Both the position numbers and the translations under genes were made by a program. The notes under the pieces were generated by a model. That model saw nothing but the letters and a program-made list of their open reading frames with translations. It was not told the DNA's origin and did not search any database. From Octopus sinensis (Eukaryota), in the NCBI RefSeq assembly GCF_006345805.1, contig NC_042999.1, forward strand, positions 6,510,001-6,574,000: a stretch of 64,000 nt of DNA. The letters run 5' to 3'. The stretch's first letter is position 1. Every line of letters begins with the position of its first letter. Shown piece after piece: positions 1-11,764 of this stretch.

Positions 1-219
1 GGAGCAAGTCAATTTGTATGGCTCTGATGCTATTACCCTCTGATAGGCTCCTGTGCTGGAGGCGCATAAAAACGCCCACTACACTTTCAGAGTGGTTGGC
101 ATTAGGAAAGGCATCCAGCTGAAGGGCATCCAGATCAGATTGGAGCCCGGTGCAGCCACTGGCTTTCCTGACCTCAGTCAAACCATCCAACACATGCCAG
201 CATGGAAAACGGACGTTAA

Positions 220-253
<34 letters not shown>

Positions 254-278
254 CGATGACGACGACGACGACGACGAC
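1..278 (+). mobile_element. 3' end of RTE-type LINE (or RTE-dependent SINE) with (GAT)n/(GAC)n tail
   Basis: Body ...GAGTGGTTGGCATTAGGAAAGGCATCCAGCT...GCATGGAAAACGGACGTTAAA followed by (TGA)n. Related copies at 739-1030 (-) and 5340-5600 (+). A similar terminal segment lies downstream of the RTE coding fragment at 3050-3625. Confidence 0.55.
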
Positions 279-738
279 CTTGCTGAGGCTGGTTCAGTTA
301 CCTTCAAAGACTTCGTCCAATGTAGTGAGAGTTGTTATTTAATTCCAGTCAACCTTGATGAAGAGAAATACAATCAAAGGTTTTTCAAAATATACCTAGG
401 AGTACATTAATCAATGTATTGTTTCCATGAGTAGGGTGTGCTTTGAGGGAGATCTAGTTGATATTTCTACCATAGGGCCTCCTCATTGTTTGGTTACCTG
501 AAGTAAATTATCCTGGTGGACTCCTTTTATTTTTTTATTCACAGACCCAAGGAGCAAACAAGATTTATCCTGTGTTTTGAGGGTAACAGAGTGAGCTGTT
601 TGAGTTTAGTGTATGTGTGTGTGTGTATGTAATTAACTTTAATGATCTTTTAAAAAGACAGATCTGTACATGCAATGGACAGGTGATCAAACATAAATGT
701 AGAAGAAAGGGACATGTCCCCAAAAGTCAAAGGTTTGT

Positions 739-1030
739 CATCATCATCATCATCATCATTTAATGTCCGCTTTCCATGCTAGCATGGGTTGGACGATTTG
801 ACTGAGGTCTGGCGACCCAGACTCCAATCTTATCTGGCAGAGTTTCTACAACTGGATGCCTTCCTAACGCCAACCACTCTGAGAGTGTAGTGGGTGCTTT
901 TACGTGCCACCAGCACGGGGCCAGTCAGGTGGCACTGGCAATGGCCAACCCAAAATGGTGCTTTTTATGTGCCACCTGCACAGGAGCTAGTCTGGTGACA
1001 CTGGCAATGACCTCACTCGAATGTTTCATG
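739..1030 (-). mobile_element. Same (GAT)n-tailed RTE-type 3' end, minus strand
   Basis: Reverse complement of the 1-278 and 5340-5600 element, starting with a (TCA)n tail at 739. Confidence 0.55.
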
Positions 1031-1144
1031 TGCCACCAGCACGTCATGGATTTGAACCCCTAACTCATTGATTAATGGTTGTTAAGGATTTATTCAGTTT
1101 TTTTTTTCATTTTTAGATAAGGTTAGTCCACATTGCTTCATAAA

Positions 1145-1621
1145 GAGCATAAGTCTGGTTCCCCTGTTTCTCTGGCACATACATCTTCCTCACCTGGACA
1201 GGACGCTGGTCGTCACAAAATTACTCATTTTTGCCAGCTGAGTGGACTGGAGCAACATGAAATGAAGTGTTTTGCTCAAGAACACAACGCGTCGCCCGGT
1301 CCAGGAATCGAAACCACAATCTTACAATCATGATCCTGACACCCTAACCACTAAGCCACGCACCTCCACAATAATGCGCTCTTTTAAAGCCTAGCCAGGC
1401 TCATGGGCCCAGTTTCCCAGTTTCTATGGCGTATGTGTCCCTAGCTGGATGGGACGCCAGTCCATCGCAGCGTTACTCATTTTTGCCAGCAGAGTGGACC
1501 GGAGCAACATGAAATGAAGTGGTTTGCTCAAGAACACAACGTGTCGTCCGGTCCAGGAATCGAAACCACAATCTTACGATCATGATGCTGACACCCTAAC
1601 CACTAAGCCATGCACCTCCAC
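1145..1621 (-). mobile_element. Two tandem SINE-C copies (tRNA-like head, CORE-like body)
   Basis: Minus-strand heads GTGGAGGTGC(A/G)TGGCTTAGTGGTTAGGGTGTCAG...GTTTCGATTCCTGGACC with A and B boxes, ending at 1369 and 1621. Both share the body GTTGTGTTCTTGAGCAAA.CACTTCATTTCATGTTGCTCC. Confidence 0.75.
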
Positions 1622-1677
1622 ATAAGGAGGAAGTGAAATTGCTGGTCCAGGATTTGAAGCTTTAAAACTGTGTCATC

Positions 1678-1853
1678 TCACTCTCTCTGTCCTGGTCTGC
1701 CTGCCTGTCTGTCTGCTTGTCAATCTGTGTCTGTCTGTCTCTGTATCTGTCTCTATCTCTGCCTGTTTGTCTCTCTCTGTCTCTGTCTATCTCTCTGTTT
1801 CTCTCTCTGTATCTCTCTCTGCCTGTCTGTCTCTGTCTGTCTGTCTGTCTGTC

Positions 1854-1916
<63 letters not shown>

Positions 1917-2039
1917 GTCTGTCTCTCTGTCTGTCTGTCTGTCTCTCTGTCTGTCTGTCTCTCTCTGTCTGTCTGCCTGTCTCTCTCTCTCTGTCTGTCT
2001 CTTTGTCTGTCTGTCTCTCTCTGTCTGTCTGTCTCTGAC

Positions 2040-2114
<75 letters not shown>

Positions 2115-2127
2115 CTGTCTGTCTGTC

Positions 2128-2160
<33 letters not shown>

Positions 2161-2165
2161 GTGTC

Positions 2166-2236
<71 letters not shown>

Positions 2237-2280
2237 GTCTCTCTCTCTCTTTCCCTGTCCTTGCTTGTCTGTCTGTCTCC
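1678..2280. repeat. Compound (GTCT)n/(CT)n microsatellite
   Basis: Visible tetra- and dinucleotide array. It explains the six overlapping 122-213 aa low-complexity ORFs. Confidence 0.97.
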
Positions 2281-3049
2281 CAGAAGAGTACCACCATCAT
2301 ATGGTGCTAACTCAGTGGAATACAATTATTGTTGGTGAAAGCCAATGGAACAGACATCCTTCAGGAATATTAGACGTAACTAAATTATTGCTGATTAAAT
2401 TAAAATGATTTTAGTTGAGACAAAAGAATTGTATTTATTTTTCAGACAGAGAAGTTGAAACATTTTCCTTCAGTTTGTTTTGTTATTGATAATTTTCAGT
2501 CAAAGATATTGTAATCATTTAAAATTGCAGGTGTTTTATAGAGAAGCCAAATTTTATGCATTTAAATTAGATTATTTTATTACTCTAAGAACATTGGTGA
2601 ACTCTTTTCTTCTGAAGATGGTTGCACATTTACCTGGTTAAATAAGAGCAGAAGAGTTTAGTTTCTGTCACTGGTGTTGTTGCTAATTTTTTTTAAAAAG
2701 CAGATCTTGGGGTGAGTAGGGAAGTCAATGAGTCACTGAAAAGGTTGTGAAGAGCAACAAAAAACTTTGATTAACAAACAAATAATTAATTGACTGTTTA
2801 ACCAACATGTTAAACAAGCAATTGATTAATTTATTTGGTTAGATATTTAATCAACTGACTAACAATAAAGTAGTGATATTGAACCAGTGTGTGTGTTATT
2901 ATTGGCATAATGACTCACCCAAGACGCAAAAGATATACAAAAATATTATTTTCCATCTTTCTGTTAGTTTTGTTTCATTTTGAAAAATAAGAATTTATTT
3001 GTATGGTTTATAATTGTTTATATTTTGAATTACACACACACACACACAT

Positions 3050-3625
3050 AAAAAACGTCCGCTTTAACGCCAGCTACTCTGGCAACGATCACGCTCGGAT
3101 GGTGCTCTTAGTGCTCCACTAGCACGGATGCCAGTCATCGAATTTGATCTCGATTTCGATTTTGATTTCACTTGCCTCAACAGGTCTTCGCAAGCAGAGT
3201 TTAGTGTCCAATGAAGGAAAGGCACGCATAAGTGAACTGGCTACATCCCAGGTAAAGGCTACAGGTTATGGTCTCACTTGACCTGCCGGGTCTTCTCATG
3301 CACAGCATATTTCCAAAGGTTTCAGTCACTAGTCATTGCCTCGGTGAGGCCTAATGTTCGAAGGTCGTGCTTCAGCACCTCATCTACAGGTTCCCTTAAC
3401 CGCTAGGGTGTGGCACTTTAACACACAGCTATCCTCATCCATTCTCGCCACATGACCACACCAGCACAGTCGTCTCTCTTGCACACCACATCTGATGCTT
3501 CTTCGGTCCAACTTTTTTCTCAAGGTACTTACACTCTGTCGAGTATTCACACTGACGTTACACATCCAGCAGAGCATACTGGCTTCATTCCTTGCGAGCT
3601 TACGCATGTCTTCGGTGGGTACCAA
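3050..3625 (-). pseudogene. RTE-clade LINE, ORF C-terminus and 3' UTR fragment
   Basis: Minus-strand translation ...LARNEASMLCWMCNV...RRLCWCGHVARMDEDSCVLKCHTLAVKGT resembles the RTE C-terminal RLRWFGHVARM...RGRP motif. Confidence 0.8.
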
Positions 3626-4074
3626 AATCTGAGTGGTGGTGGTGATACTGGATTGAATGTGTGACAAAATACAGTTTTGTCCCTTTTTTAAAAGTAGACA
3701 GAACTTTATTTGCCATTAATTCAGTTATATATATATATATATAAAATTAATCGAATGAATAATATCAGTTCACTTTTTCTTCAGTGAAACAAAAAGTTAT
3801 CAATCTGTGGCTGAATGCTGAAAAATAATTTTGGGACAGACTTGATCTTTCAACTGAGAAAATGATTGAAAAACAACAAAAGCAGGAAAAAAATAAATTA
3901 AAAGGAAAAAGAAGAAAAGAATGACAAAAATTACAAATATAAAAGATTAAATTATTGAAAAAAGGAAAACCCAAAACCCAGAATTACTTCAAAGAAATGA
4001 AGAAAAAAAGGGGGAATTAAGTACCAAAAGATAGTGGGAAAGGGTAATGGGTTGGATACCCCAGTCCAAATGGT

Positions 4075-4575
4075 GTGTTTAGCCACATCTTGCAGCCATA
4101 ATTGCAAAGGCATTGCTCCAGAAATTATCCAGGGACACTTACTGCAATGGTCCTCCCTTCTGGTAGGGCTCATTTCTCAGATGGACCACTGTCGTCTTGA
4201 TTTTGGCGAGGAAATCAGCAGTGTAGGGTCCCAAAACACCTCAGGTTTCTCCTGCCACCGGTCGTGTCCTACCACCAGCAGTGCCCTGCCATCAGTCAAG
4301 TCCTGCCACTGGTCATGTCCTGCCACCGATCGTGTCCTGCCATCAGTTGTGTCCTGCTATCAGTGTACCCTGCTACTGGTCCTGTCCTGCCACCGATCAT
4401 GTCCTGTCACTGGTCGAGAATATTCCATTGGGGTACTTACCCATCCATGTGGTCAAGACCTGCCAACTCCAATTGTAATGGTAAGCCGGCTGCACTGAAG
4501 CCCCTTCTGATGATGTTCAGAGCAGCACATTGAGGAGAGCCGGCCCACTCTATGGCTGCAGGATTATGGGCGACA
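4075..4575 (-). pseudogene. Decayed C-terminus of an RLE-bearing non-LTR retrotransposon (CRE-like)
   Basis: Manual minus-strand translation, with frameshifts and stops: AALNIIRRGFSAAGLPLQLELAGLDHMDG-KYPNGI, then after a minisatellite ET*GVLGPYTADFL...Q*VSLDNFWSNAFAIMAA. These resemble the GLDRGDGKRPDG / ETLG..GP / QRISLAI.RGNA motifs as recalled. Confidence 0.55.
4250..4418. repeat. 17-bp minisatellite, ~10 units (consensus TCCTGCCACCGGTCGTG)
   Basis: Directly visible diverged tandem units. Confidence 0.9.
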
Positions 4576-5339
4576 CCTCACCCCCTGAGATCAATGAAAT
4601 AAATATGAAACACAATCCTGGAGTTAATTCAGTCAACTTTACCTACCCTTCTACACATGGGGTGGGGGCCTTTGGTTAGAATTATTAATCCATATTTGTG
4701 GTAAGTGTTGTGAACTGAAAAGCAAATTCCCAGCAAACTGAGATCAGTGTGGCTTCACTCTTGGTGAGAGCCATTTCTCTTCACTGACGTCACCAATGCC
4801 TTTTGGGAAAGGCATGTATGTCACCACATACCATTTATCTTTCTCATAAATATAGAGTTTTGTACTGAATCAATAAGAAATTATTAAACTTTTCAGTTAA
4901 AACTGAATAACCCTTGTCATTTGGTCTCATATCTTTAAGGGAGAAGAAACGAGATTTCACGATGTTCATGCCTTACCAATATCATTATTGAAATAAAGTT
5001 TGAGGATTGAAATAGAAATCATTTGTGATTTGATGTGTTACAAGTGCAAGACATCGGAAAGGTAACCTTGTGCTTTATGTAAGGGCAGCAATGGCCAGAG
5101 TGTATCATAAAAGACATACTTGTGATATGAAGGAGTTCACCAGTCAGAATGGAGTTTGTTTATAACTATCTCAACTTCTTTTATAACTCTGGGGTTTGTT
5201 ACATCTGCCATGGTTGTTCTTGGATTAAATGATTTCTTGGTTGTGAATTGGAATCAGACGAAAACATTTTGTTATTTCTAGAAAAGATATTTCGTTGTAC
5301 AAGACTTCAGTTGGTTTGGGTTTTAGAAATCATCATCAT

Positions 5340-5600
5340 GACCATGTCCGTGTCGGTGACACGTAAAAGCACCAACCGATCGTGGCCGTCTGCCAGTCTG
5401 ATCTGGCCCCTGTGCCGGTGGCACGTAAAAAAACACCCCACTACACTCACGGAGTGGTTGGCGTTAGGAAGGGCATCCAGCTGTAGAAACACTGCCAAAT
5501 CAGACTGGAGCCTGGAGCAGCCTCCACGGCTTCCAGACCCTGGTCGAATCGTCCAACCCATGCTAGCATGGAAAACGGACGTTAAATGATGATGATGATG
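5340..5600 (+). mobile_element. (GAT)n-tailed RTE-type 3' end
   Basis: Homologous to 1-278; ends GGAAAACGGACGTTAAATGATGATGATGATG. Confidence 0.55.
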
Positions 5601-6762
5601 GTCTCAGATTAACATAATCCCACTAAGGTGAAAATATTCTCTCATCCACTTTATAACATAAAATAAATTGAGATAATCCCTGCATTAAATGTATGACACA
5701 ATGGTTTTATTATGTTTATAATGTACATTGTGAGGAATTCCTAATGGACTTTACTGCCTGGAAACCCTATAAAAATTATGCAGAGGGTCTGAAATCACGT
5801 CTGCCTGGTTGCTAGTTCAATATTACATCCAACTGGTTATTTCACGTTTTCAGTTTGTGGTGGCTGATGAGAATTTTTCTAAAACGGAAAAACTCTCCAT
5901 CTCCATATTCTTCAGCCATTCTCTATGACTACAAGTTCTTATTCACTTGTTTAACGCCAGACAGTGTCTCAAGAGTCTCAACGAGATTCTTGCTGCTCCA
6001 CTTGAAAACTTCAATTTAAGAAACAATGGCTTTGTATTTTCTGTGTTTTGTGAAGAAGAATTTCTGAACGAAATTGAATACCATCTTATAAGAGTTATAT
6101 GTCATGGATTTATAAATTATAAATGACTCATATATATTTGGCTCCAATATAACCATTATCTGTTGAGATTATTAAAGAGGTGTGACATTGACAAAATAAA
6201 AAAAAAAACAAACAAACATAAAAGAACAACATGCTTGTCAATCATAAAAAGACATTTTAATTTTTATCTCATCCAGACACCAATTTTATATTTTATTTTT
6301 TACCTTGATAAAATTTTTCTTCGAGATTCTTCTTCTTTCTGTTAAATGACGGTTTCCATTGTATGGCAACATCTCGTAAGAGGTTCTCCATTAACCTCGC
6401 AATTCCATAAGACCTACTCCATTAACCTAGCAATCTCAAAGAGCTGCACCAATCAATCGTTTTGTTTCTATTTTTCTCTACTTCAGATTTTCTCCCTGAA
6501 ATACGTGAAGTTGAAAGCGACCCTATCTTGTTTATTTCTCCTCTTTCCCAAACTCCCAGACATCTCTTTAACATTATCAGAGAACTTTATTTAGGTTTGG
6601 CACAAAAGTCTTCCTATATGTAAATTACTGACTAAATGTTGTGGTCTGCTAACGACACACCAAGAACAGAAACATTAAACGAATTAATTAATAGAAGCTG
6701 CATTAATAGCAAAGGGTAATATTTATTCTCCTTTAAAAATAGATGTCGTGTTAGAAGACAGA

Positions 6763-7210
6763 ATACCTGTTTCTTTATTGCCCACAAGGGGCTAAACATA
6801 GAGGGAACAAACAAGGACAGACAAACGGATTAAGTCGATTACATCGAACCTCAGTGCGTAACTGGTACTTATTTAATCGACCCCGAAAGGATGAAAGGCA
6901 AAGTTGACCTCGGTGAAATTTGAACTCAGAACGTAGCGGCAGACGAAATACATGTTTCTTTATTGCCCACAAGGGGCTAAACATAGAGGGGACAAACAAG
7001 GACAGACAAACTGATTAAGTCGATTACATCGACCCCAGTGCGTAACTGGTACTTATTTAATCGACCCCGAAAGGATGAAAGGCAAATTTGACCTCGGTGG
7101 AATTTGAACTCAGAACGTAGCGGCAGACGAAATACCTGTTTCTTTACTACCAACAAGGGGCTAAACACTGAGAGGACAAAGAAGGACAGACAAACGGATT
7201 AAGTCGATTA
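6763..7210 (-). mobile_element. SINE-D array, ~2.4 tandem 184-185-bp units, head missing
   Basis: Unit starts (ATAC.TGTTTCTTTA) at 6763, 6948 and 7132; same unit as 50571-51490. Confidence 0.85.
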
Positions 7211-7513
7211 TAGGTAGGGAACCTATACGCTAAGGAAACTGGGAAACCGGCCCTTATGAGCCAGGCGTGGCTCGAGAAGGAACAAACAACTGTTCCTTCT
7301 AAAGGATGAAAAGTAAGGGCCATACGGACTCCGATTGAGTACCACCGGTTTAGAGGGAATTAGTGCAGAGATCTCATAATGGCGTTGTTAGTCCAGGAAG
7401 ATGCATGTTTATGGCACCAAATGTTGGACAGAGATTTGAGAGAAATGACAGTGAATTAGCTGTCAATTGAGATCGGATCTGATTCCTCTAACTTTCGTAT
7501 GAAACAAACTGTT

Positions 7514-7559
7514 TCATCATCATCATCATCATCGTCATCATCATCATCATCACCATCAC

Positions 7560-7614
<55 letters not shown>

Positions 7615-7640
7615 GTCTTCGTCGTCGTCGCCGTCGATAG
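7514..7640. repeat. (ATC)n/(GTC)n trinucleotide microsatellite
   Basis: Directly visible. Confidence 0.95.
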
Positions 7641-8268
7641 CGTCGTAGTCGTTGCCAACGTCTTGAAGAGAATATTAACGTTAGGTATATGAATACAACT
7701 TTTAATTCCATTCAAAACGGAAATATAAATTCACAATGTTGACACTTGTGTGAACTCATTCCACAAAACCTTTTGAGCTGGAAGTAGTTTTAGAAATTAC
7801 AAGAAATATAGTTATTCCATTATTTTGCATTAATTATCTCTGTACGCGATAAGAAGGTTAATTTGGTCGTTAGTTTAACACAAGCAAGAATATGTATTAT
7901 TCAAAATTCATAGCCATGCATCTTCACTAAATCGCCGTTATTACATCTAACACTAATAACAGAGATTCATTGTTTTTATAGGTGGCGTTAGTGTTGTACA
8001 ATTAATTGATTTCCATTGTTAGTGTTTCATTAAGTTCTGTCGTCTGACCAAGAACGAAAGAAATTTAGTTTCCTTGTGAAAATGTGTTGGTAGAATCGAT
8101 TATAATTTGGCGATGTTATCATTTAGTTCAAAGAGATCGAATTTATGTGTCGAATGTGAATTCAGGTGTTGAGGGATGCAGTTCGGGGAAGGAACGTTCC
8201 AGGAAGGGATCTTGGGACGATGACGACCTTCCGTGGTGCACATTTTGTTTTTAATTTACTCCAAAATA

Positions 8269-8501
8269 CCTATTTCTTTACTACCCACAAGGGGCTAAAC
8301 ACAGAGAGGACAAACAAGGACAGACAAACGAATTAAGTGGATTACATCGACCTCAGTGCGTAACTGGTTCTTAATTTATCGACCCCGAAAGGATGAAAGG
8401 CAAAGTTGTCTTCGGCGGAATTTGAACTCAGAATGCAGCGGCGGACGAAATACTGCGAAGCATTTCGCCCGGCGTGCTAACGTTTCTGCCAGCTCGCCTC
8501 C
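8269..8501 (-). mobile_element. SINE-D monomer with 17-bp TSD
   Basis: Head GCGAGCTGGCAGAAACGTTAGCACGCCGGGCGAAATGC plus one unit with B box GAGTTCAAATTCC. TSD TAATTTACTCCAAAATA at 8252-8268 and 8502-8518. Confidence 0.9.
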
Positions 8502-8742
8502 TAATTTACTCCAAAATATAACCAGAGACAAAGTTTAATTAGGAGAGAACAGAAGCTTTCTGAACAAATACAAAACGAAACCAGAAAGTCAAAAATTCAT
8601 ATCCAGTGATTAGCAATGCACCGTGTCCATAGATAAACCATTTAACTTCCAAACGGTTTCGGCCATCTTGTGGCGGTAGCACTGTATAACTAACGAGTGT
8701 TTTGTTAGCTTTCAGGATTGAAATTGGAAGAAAAAATATGCT

Positions 8743-9157
8743 AGGCGCAGGAGTGGCTGTGTGGTAAGTAGCTTGCCTACCAACCACATGGTTCTGGGTT
8801 CAGTCCCACTGCGTGGCATCTTGGGCAAGTGTCTTCTGCTATAGCCCCGGGCCGACCAATGCCTTGTGAGTGGATTTGGTAGACGGAAACTGAAAGAACC
8901 CTGTCGTATATATGTATGTATATGTATGTATGTGTATGTATATGTTTGTGTGTCTGTGTTTGTCCCTCTAGCATTGCTTGACAACCGATGCTGGTGTGTT
9001 TACGTCCCCGTCACTTAGCGGTTCGGCAAAAGAGACCGATAGAATAAGTACTGGGCTTACAAAGAATAAGTCCCGGTGTCGATTTTCTCGACTAAAGGCG
9101 GTGCTCCAGCATGGCCGCAGTCAAATGACTGAAACAAGTAAAAGAGTAAAAAGAGTA
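8743..9157 (+). mobile_element. SINE-A (tRNA-like head, CORE-like segment, internal microsatellite, (AAAGAGT)n tail)
   Basis: AGGCGCAGGAGTGGCTGTGTGG (A box)...GGTTCAGTCCC (B box)...TTGGGCAAGTGTCTTC...(TA/TG)n...GTAAAAGAGTA. More than 10 related copies in the window. Confidence 0.85.
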
Positions 9158-9484
9158 TGGGTTCCAGTGATTGAAGAATTCAAAGCTTCCATCCTTAAAA
9201 TAAGCAAGCTGGAAATGACTTACAAATATTTAGTGTTGCCGAGATAAATCTCATCATCTGATGGATCGGAGAAGTGGAAGAGGAAACCGTGAAGACAGAA
9301 GGAAATTAGGTGATTAAGGGACAAAGGAAAGCGTGTGGGAGACATTAGGGATCACTGGGGGTACAATGGAGTTGATAGTTTAGATGGTGCAGGTCGTTAT
9401 GTGCCACCTAATATGACTCTCAGAAGGCTGTAATTTCGCTGGTAGTAAGCCCGGATGAAAAACATATACAAGCGAGGTTGTAAC

Positions 9485-9880
9485 TTACTCTTTTACTTGT
9501 TTCAGTTATGTGACTGTGGCCATGCTGGAGCACCGCTTTTAGTCGAGCAAATCGACCCCAGGACTTATTCTTTATAAGCCTAGTACTTATTCTATCGGTT
9601 CCTTTTGCCGAACCGCTAGGCTACGGGGACGTAAACACACCACCATCGGTTGTCAAGCGATGTTGGGGGGACAAACATACACGACATATACACACGCTTA
9701 CATATAGACATATATACGACGGGCTTCTTTCAGTTTCCCTCTACCAAATCCGCTCACAAGGCTTTGGTCGGTCCGAAGCTACAGTAGAAGGCACTTGTCC
9801 AATGTGCCACGCAGTGGGACTGAACCCGGAACCATGTGGTTGGTAAGCAAGCTACTTACCACACAGCCACTCCTGCGCCT
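9485..9880 (-). mobile_element. SINE-A
   Basis: Reverse-complement copy of 8743-9157. Confidence 0.85.
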
Positions 9881-10390
9881 ATTTATTTTGGCCAAACGTA
9901 TATACACAATGGAATGAGAAATAGAATGGTTGGTGTGTAAAGACCATGGTCTTCTGTGCTATGCTCCTATCTGCTTGCTGGTGGGTGTTGAAAGGGGCTA
10001 GATCACATCTTTACAGTTCGAGGTCCCAGTGCAGAAAGAGGAAGAGATGAGGTCATGTGTCTGAACCTTAATGTTGTGTAACGGCCTCTATCTCTGTATA
10101 GCCAGCTTCTTTACCCGCTGTCAAGGGGGAGGGCGGTAAAGCGCCTACAATAGAATATGGGGCAGAGATGTCAGAAGTTAAGGCGATAAAAGCTGTAGTT
10201 GATGAAGAGAAAGACACACAGACATGTTTTCATAGTCTGGGATAAATATTGGTAGAGATTGACGAGGATAGGAACTGTTTTGGAGTAGGAAATGGTTTGA
10301 AGGCCATGGTAGAAATGGAGCCAGGGTTGGTTACTTCGTGGTTGATTTTGGAATGATGGCACAAGATGTTTAGCTTCTGGTCAGTCATAA

Positions 10391-10782
10391 TCTCTCTCTT
10401 TATAAAGCTGAAGTTGTCTGTGCATGGCAGGTATGGCAGCTTTCAACTAACACTATCTCCTCCGAGACCCTGTGGCGCAAGTTGACCAAAATTGAGAGTA
10501 TGATAGAAGAAGGCTTGCTCTTCCTTCTGTAGAAGAAAACATTCAAATCGGACCATGTTAACACCAAAAATTATTTACATCAAAAAGGTGCTTTTTTTCT
10601 ATGAAAATCCCTATTTTTTACGATTTTTTGACTGCTGTGTCGCCATTTTTCGGTGTATTTCAACCAGAAAAATGTTCACTTCAAGAGAATAACAAGCTAC
10701 ATAATGCAAAATTTTTACTTTTCAAAAATTCCAATTCTAAAGGGTCGAAACAAACCCGAGCAACGCCGGGTGATACTGCTAG
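10391..10782 (+). mobile_element. Non-autonomous Helitron (family 1)
   Basis: 5' TC..TATAAAG start, subterminal hairpin CCCGAGCAACGCCGGG, 3' CTAG; inserted between A and T without TSD. Second copy at 55183-55572. Confidence 0.8.
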
Positions 10783-11208
10783 TAAAATATAAACCTATAA
10801 GTCAATGGTGACTCGATCTCCCGTGACTTTACTGTAGAAAACAATAGATCGTAATAAGATTATAAGGTTTGGGTTTCGGCTGAGTAAGGAAGCAAAATAA
10901 ATCAATGAGGCAAATTTTCTATACCAACCATGCAAGATCTTCGCCTGTTGTATAACCTCAGGTTTTCTAGACTGAAATTGTGAATGAAAGAAAATTTATG
11001 AAATGTATTCACACAGTGCTGGTGATCAATGGGAAACAGTTACACACGCATACACACATGCGCGTGCATGCACACACACACACTACGAAAATTTTAATTC
11101 TGTGTGTTTCCTGCTTTTTTTTTTGGTGACTAAATTACGACGCATTGTCGAGATAGAATGTTACTGCCTATGTATTCTTAGACATAAACCCTTGTGCCTG
11201 AAAAACTA

Positions 11209-11256
<48 letters not shown>

Positions 11257-11579
11257 TATATATATGAAGGAATGACCATTAAGTGGACATCCGATATGCT
11301 AGAAGAAAATCATCTACGATCTAACCACAGCAAACACCAGAACATAAGCGGGTAAGACAGATGAAAATATACAAAATAAAGAATTAATCGTAGACCGGTT
11401 TCGTCATTAACGACTTTATTTACGTAACATCGTCCGTGGACACTTCAGTACGATCGTTCTAATTCAATATAATTTGTAGAACTATATACGGGTTGTCCTC
11501 ATAAAATTAGATGTGTGTACAGTTCTACCGATTACATTGGGGGTTATTTTCAAATGTTTCAGCTCTGGCGCGCTAAATC

Positions 11580-11621
<42 letters not shown>

Positions 11622-11644
11622 ATATATGTATGTATGTATGTATC

Positions 11645-11675
<31 letters not shown>

Positions 11676-11764
11676 CTATAATGTCACATATATATGCACG
11701 AAGACCCGCCCATACATACATATATATACGTGTATACACACATTCGCGTGACAAAGTCAAACGC

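Noticed and set aside
150-410. 86-aa ORF with poly-Asp
   Set aside because: The poly-D is the (GAT/GAC)n tail of a retroelement 3' end.
1662-2408. ORFs of 122-213 aa (RQTD / SVCL rich)
   Set aside because: Translations of a (GTCT)n/(CT)n microsatellite, open in several frames on both strands.
2430-2530. AG-terminated pyrimidine tracts as splice acceptors (also near 5866 and 60324)
   Set aside because: No convincing donor or recognisable reading frame follows; such tracts are common in AT-rich DNA.
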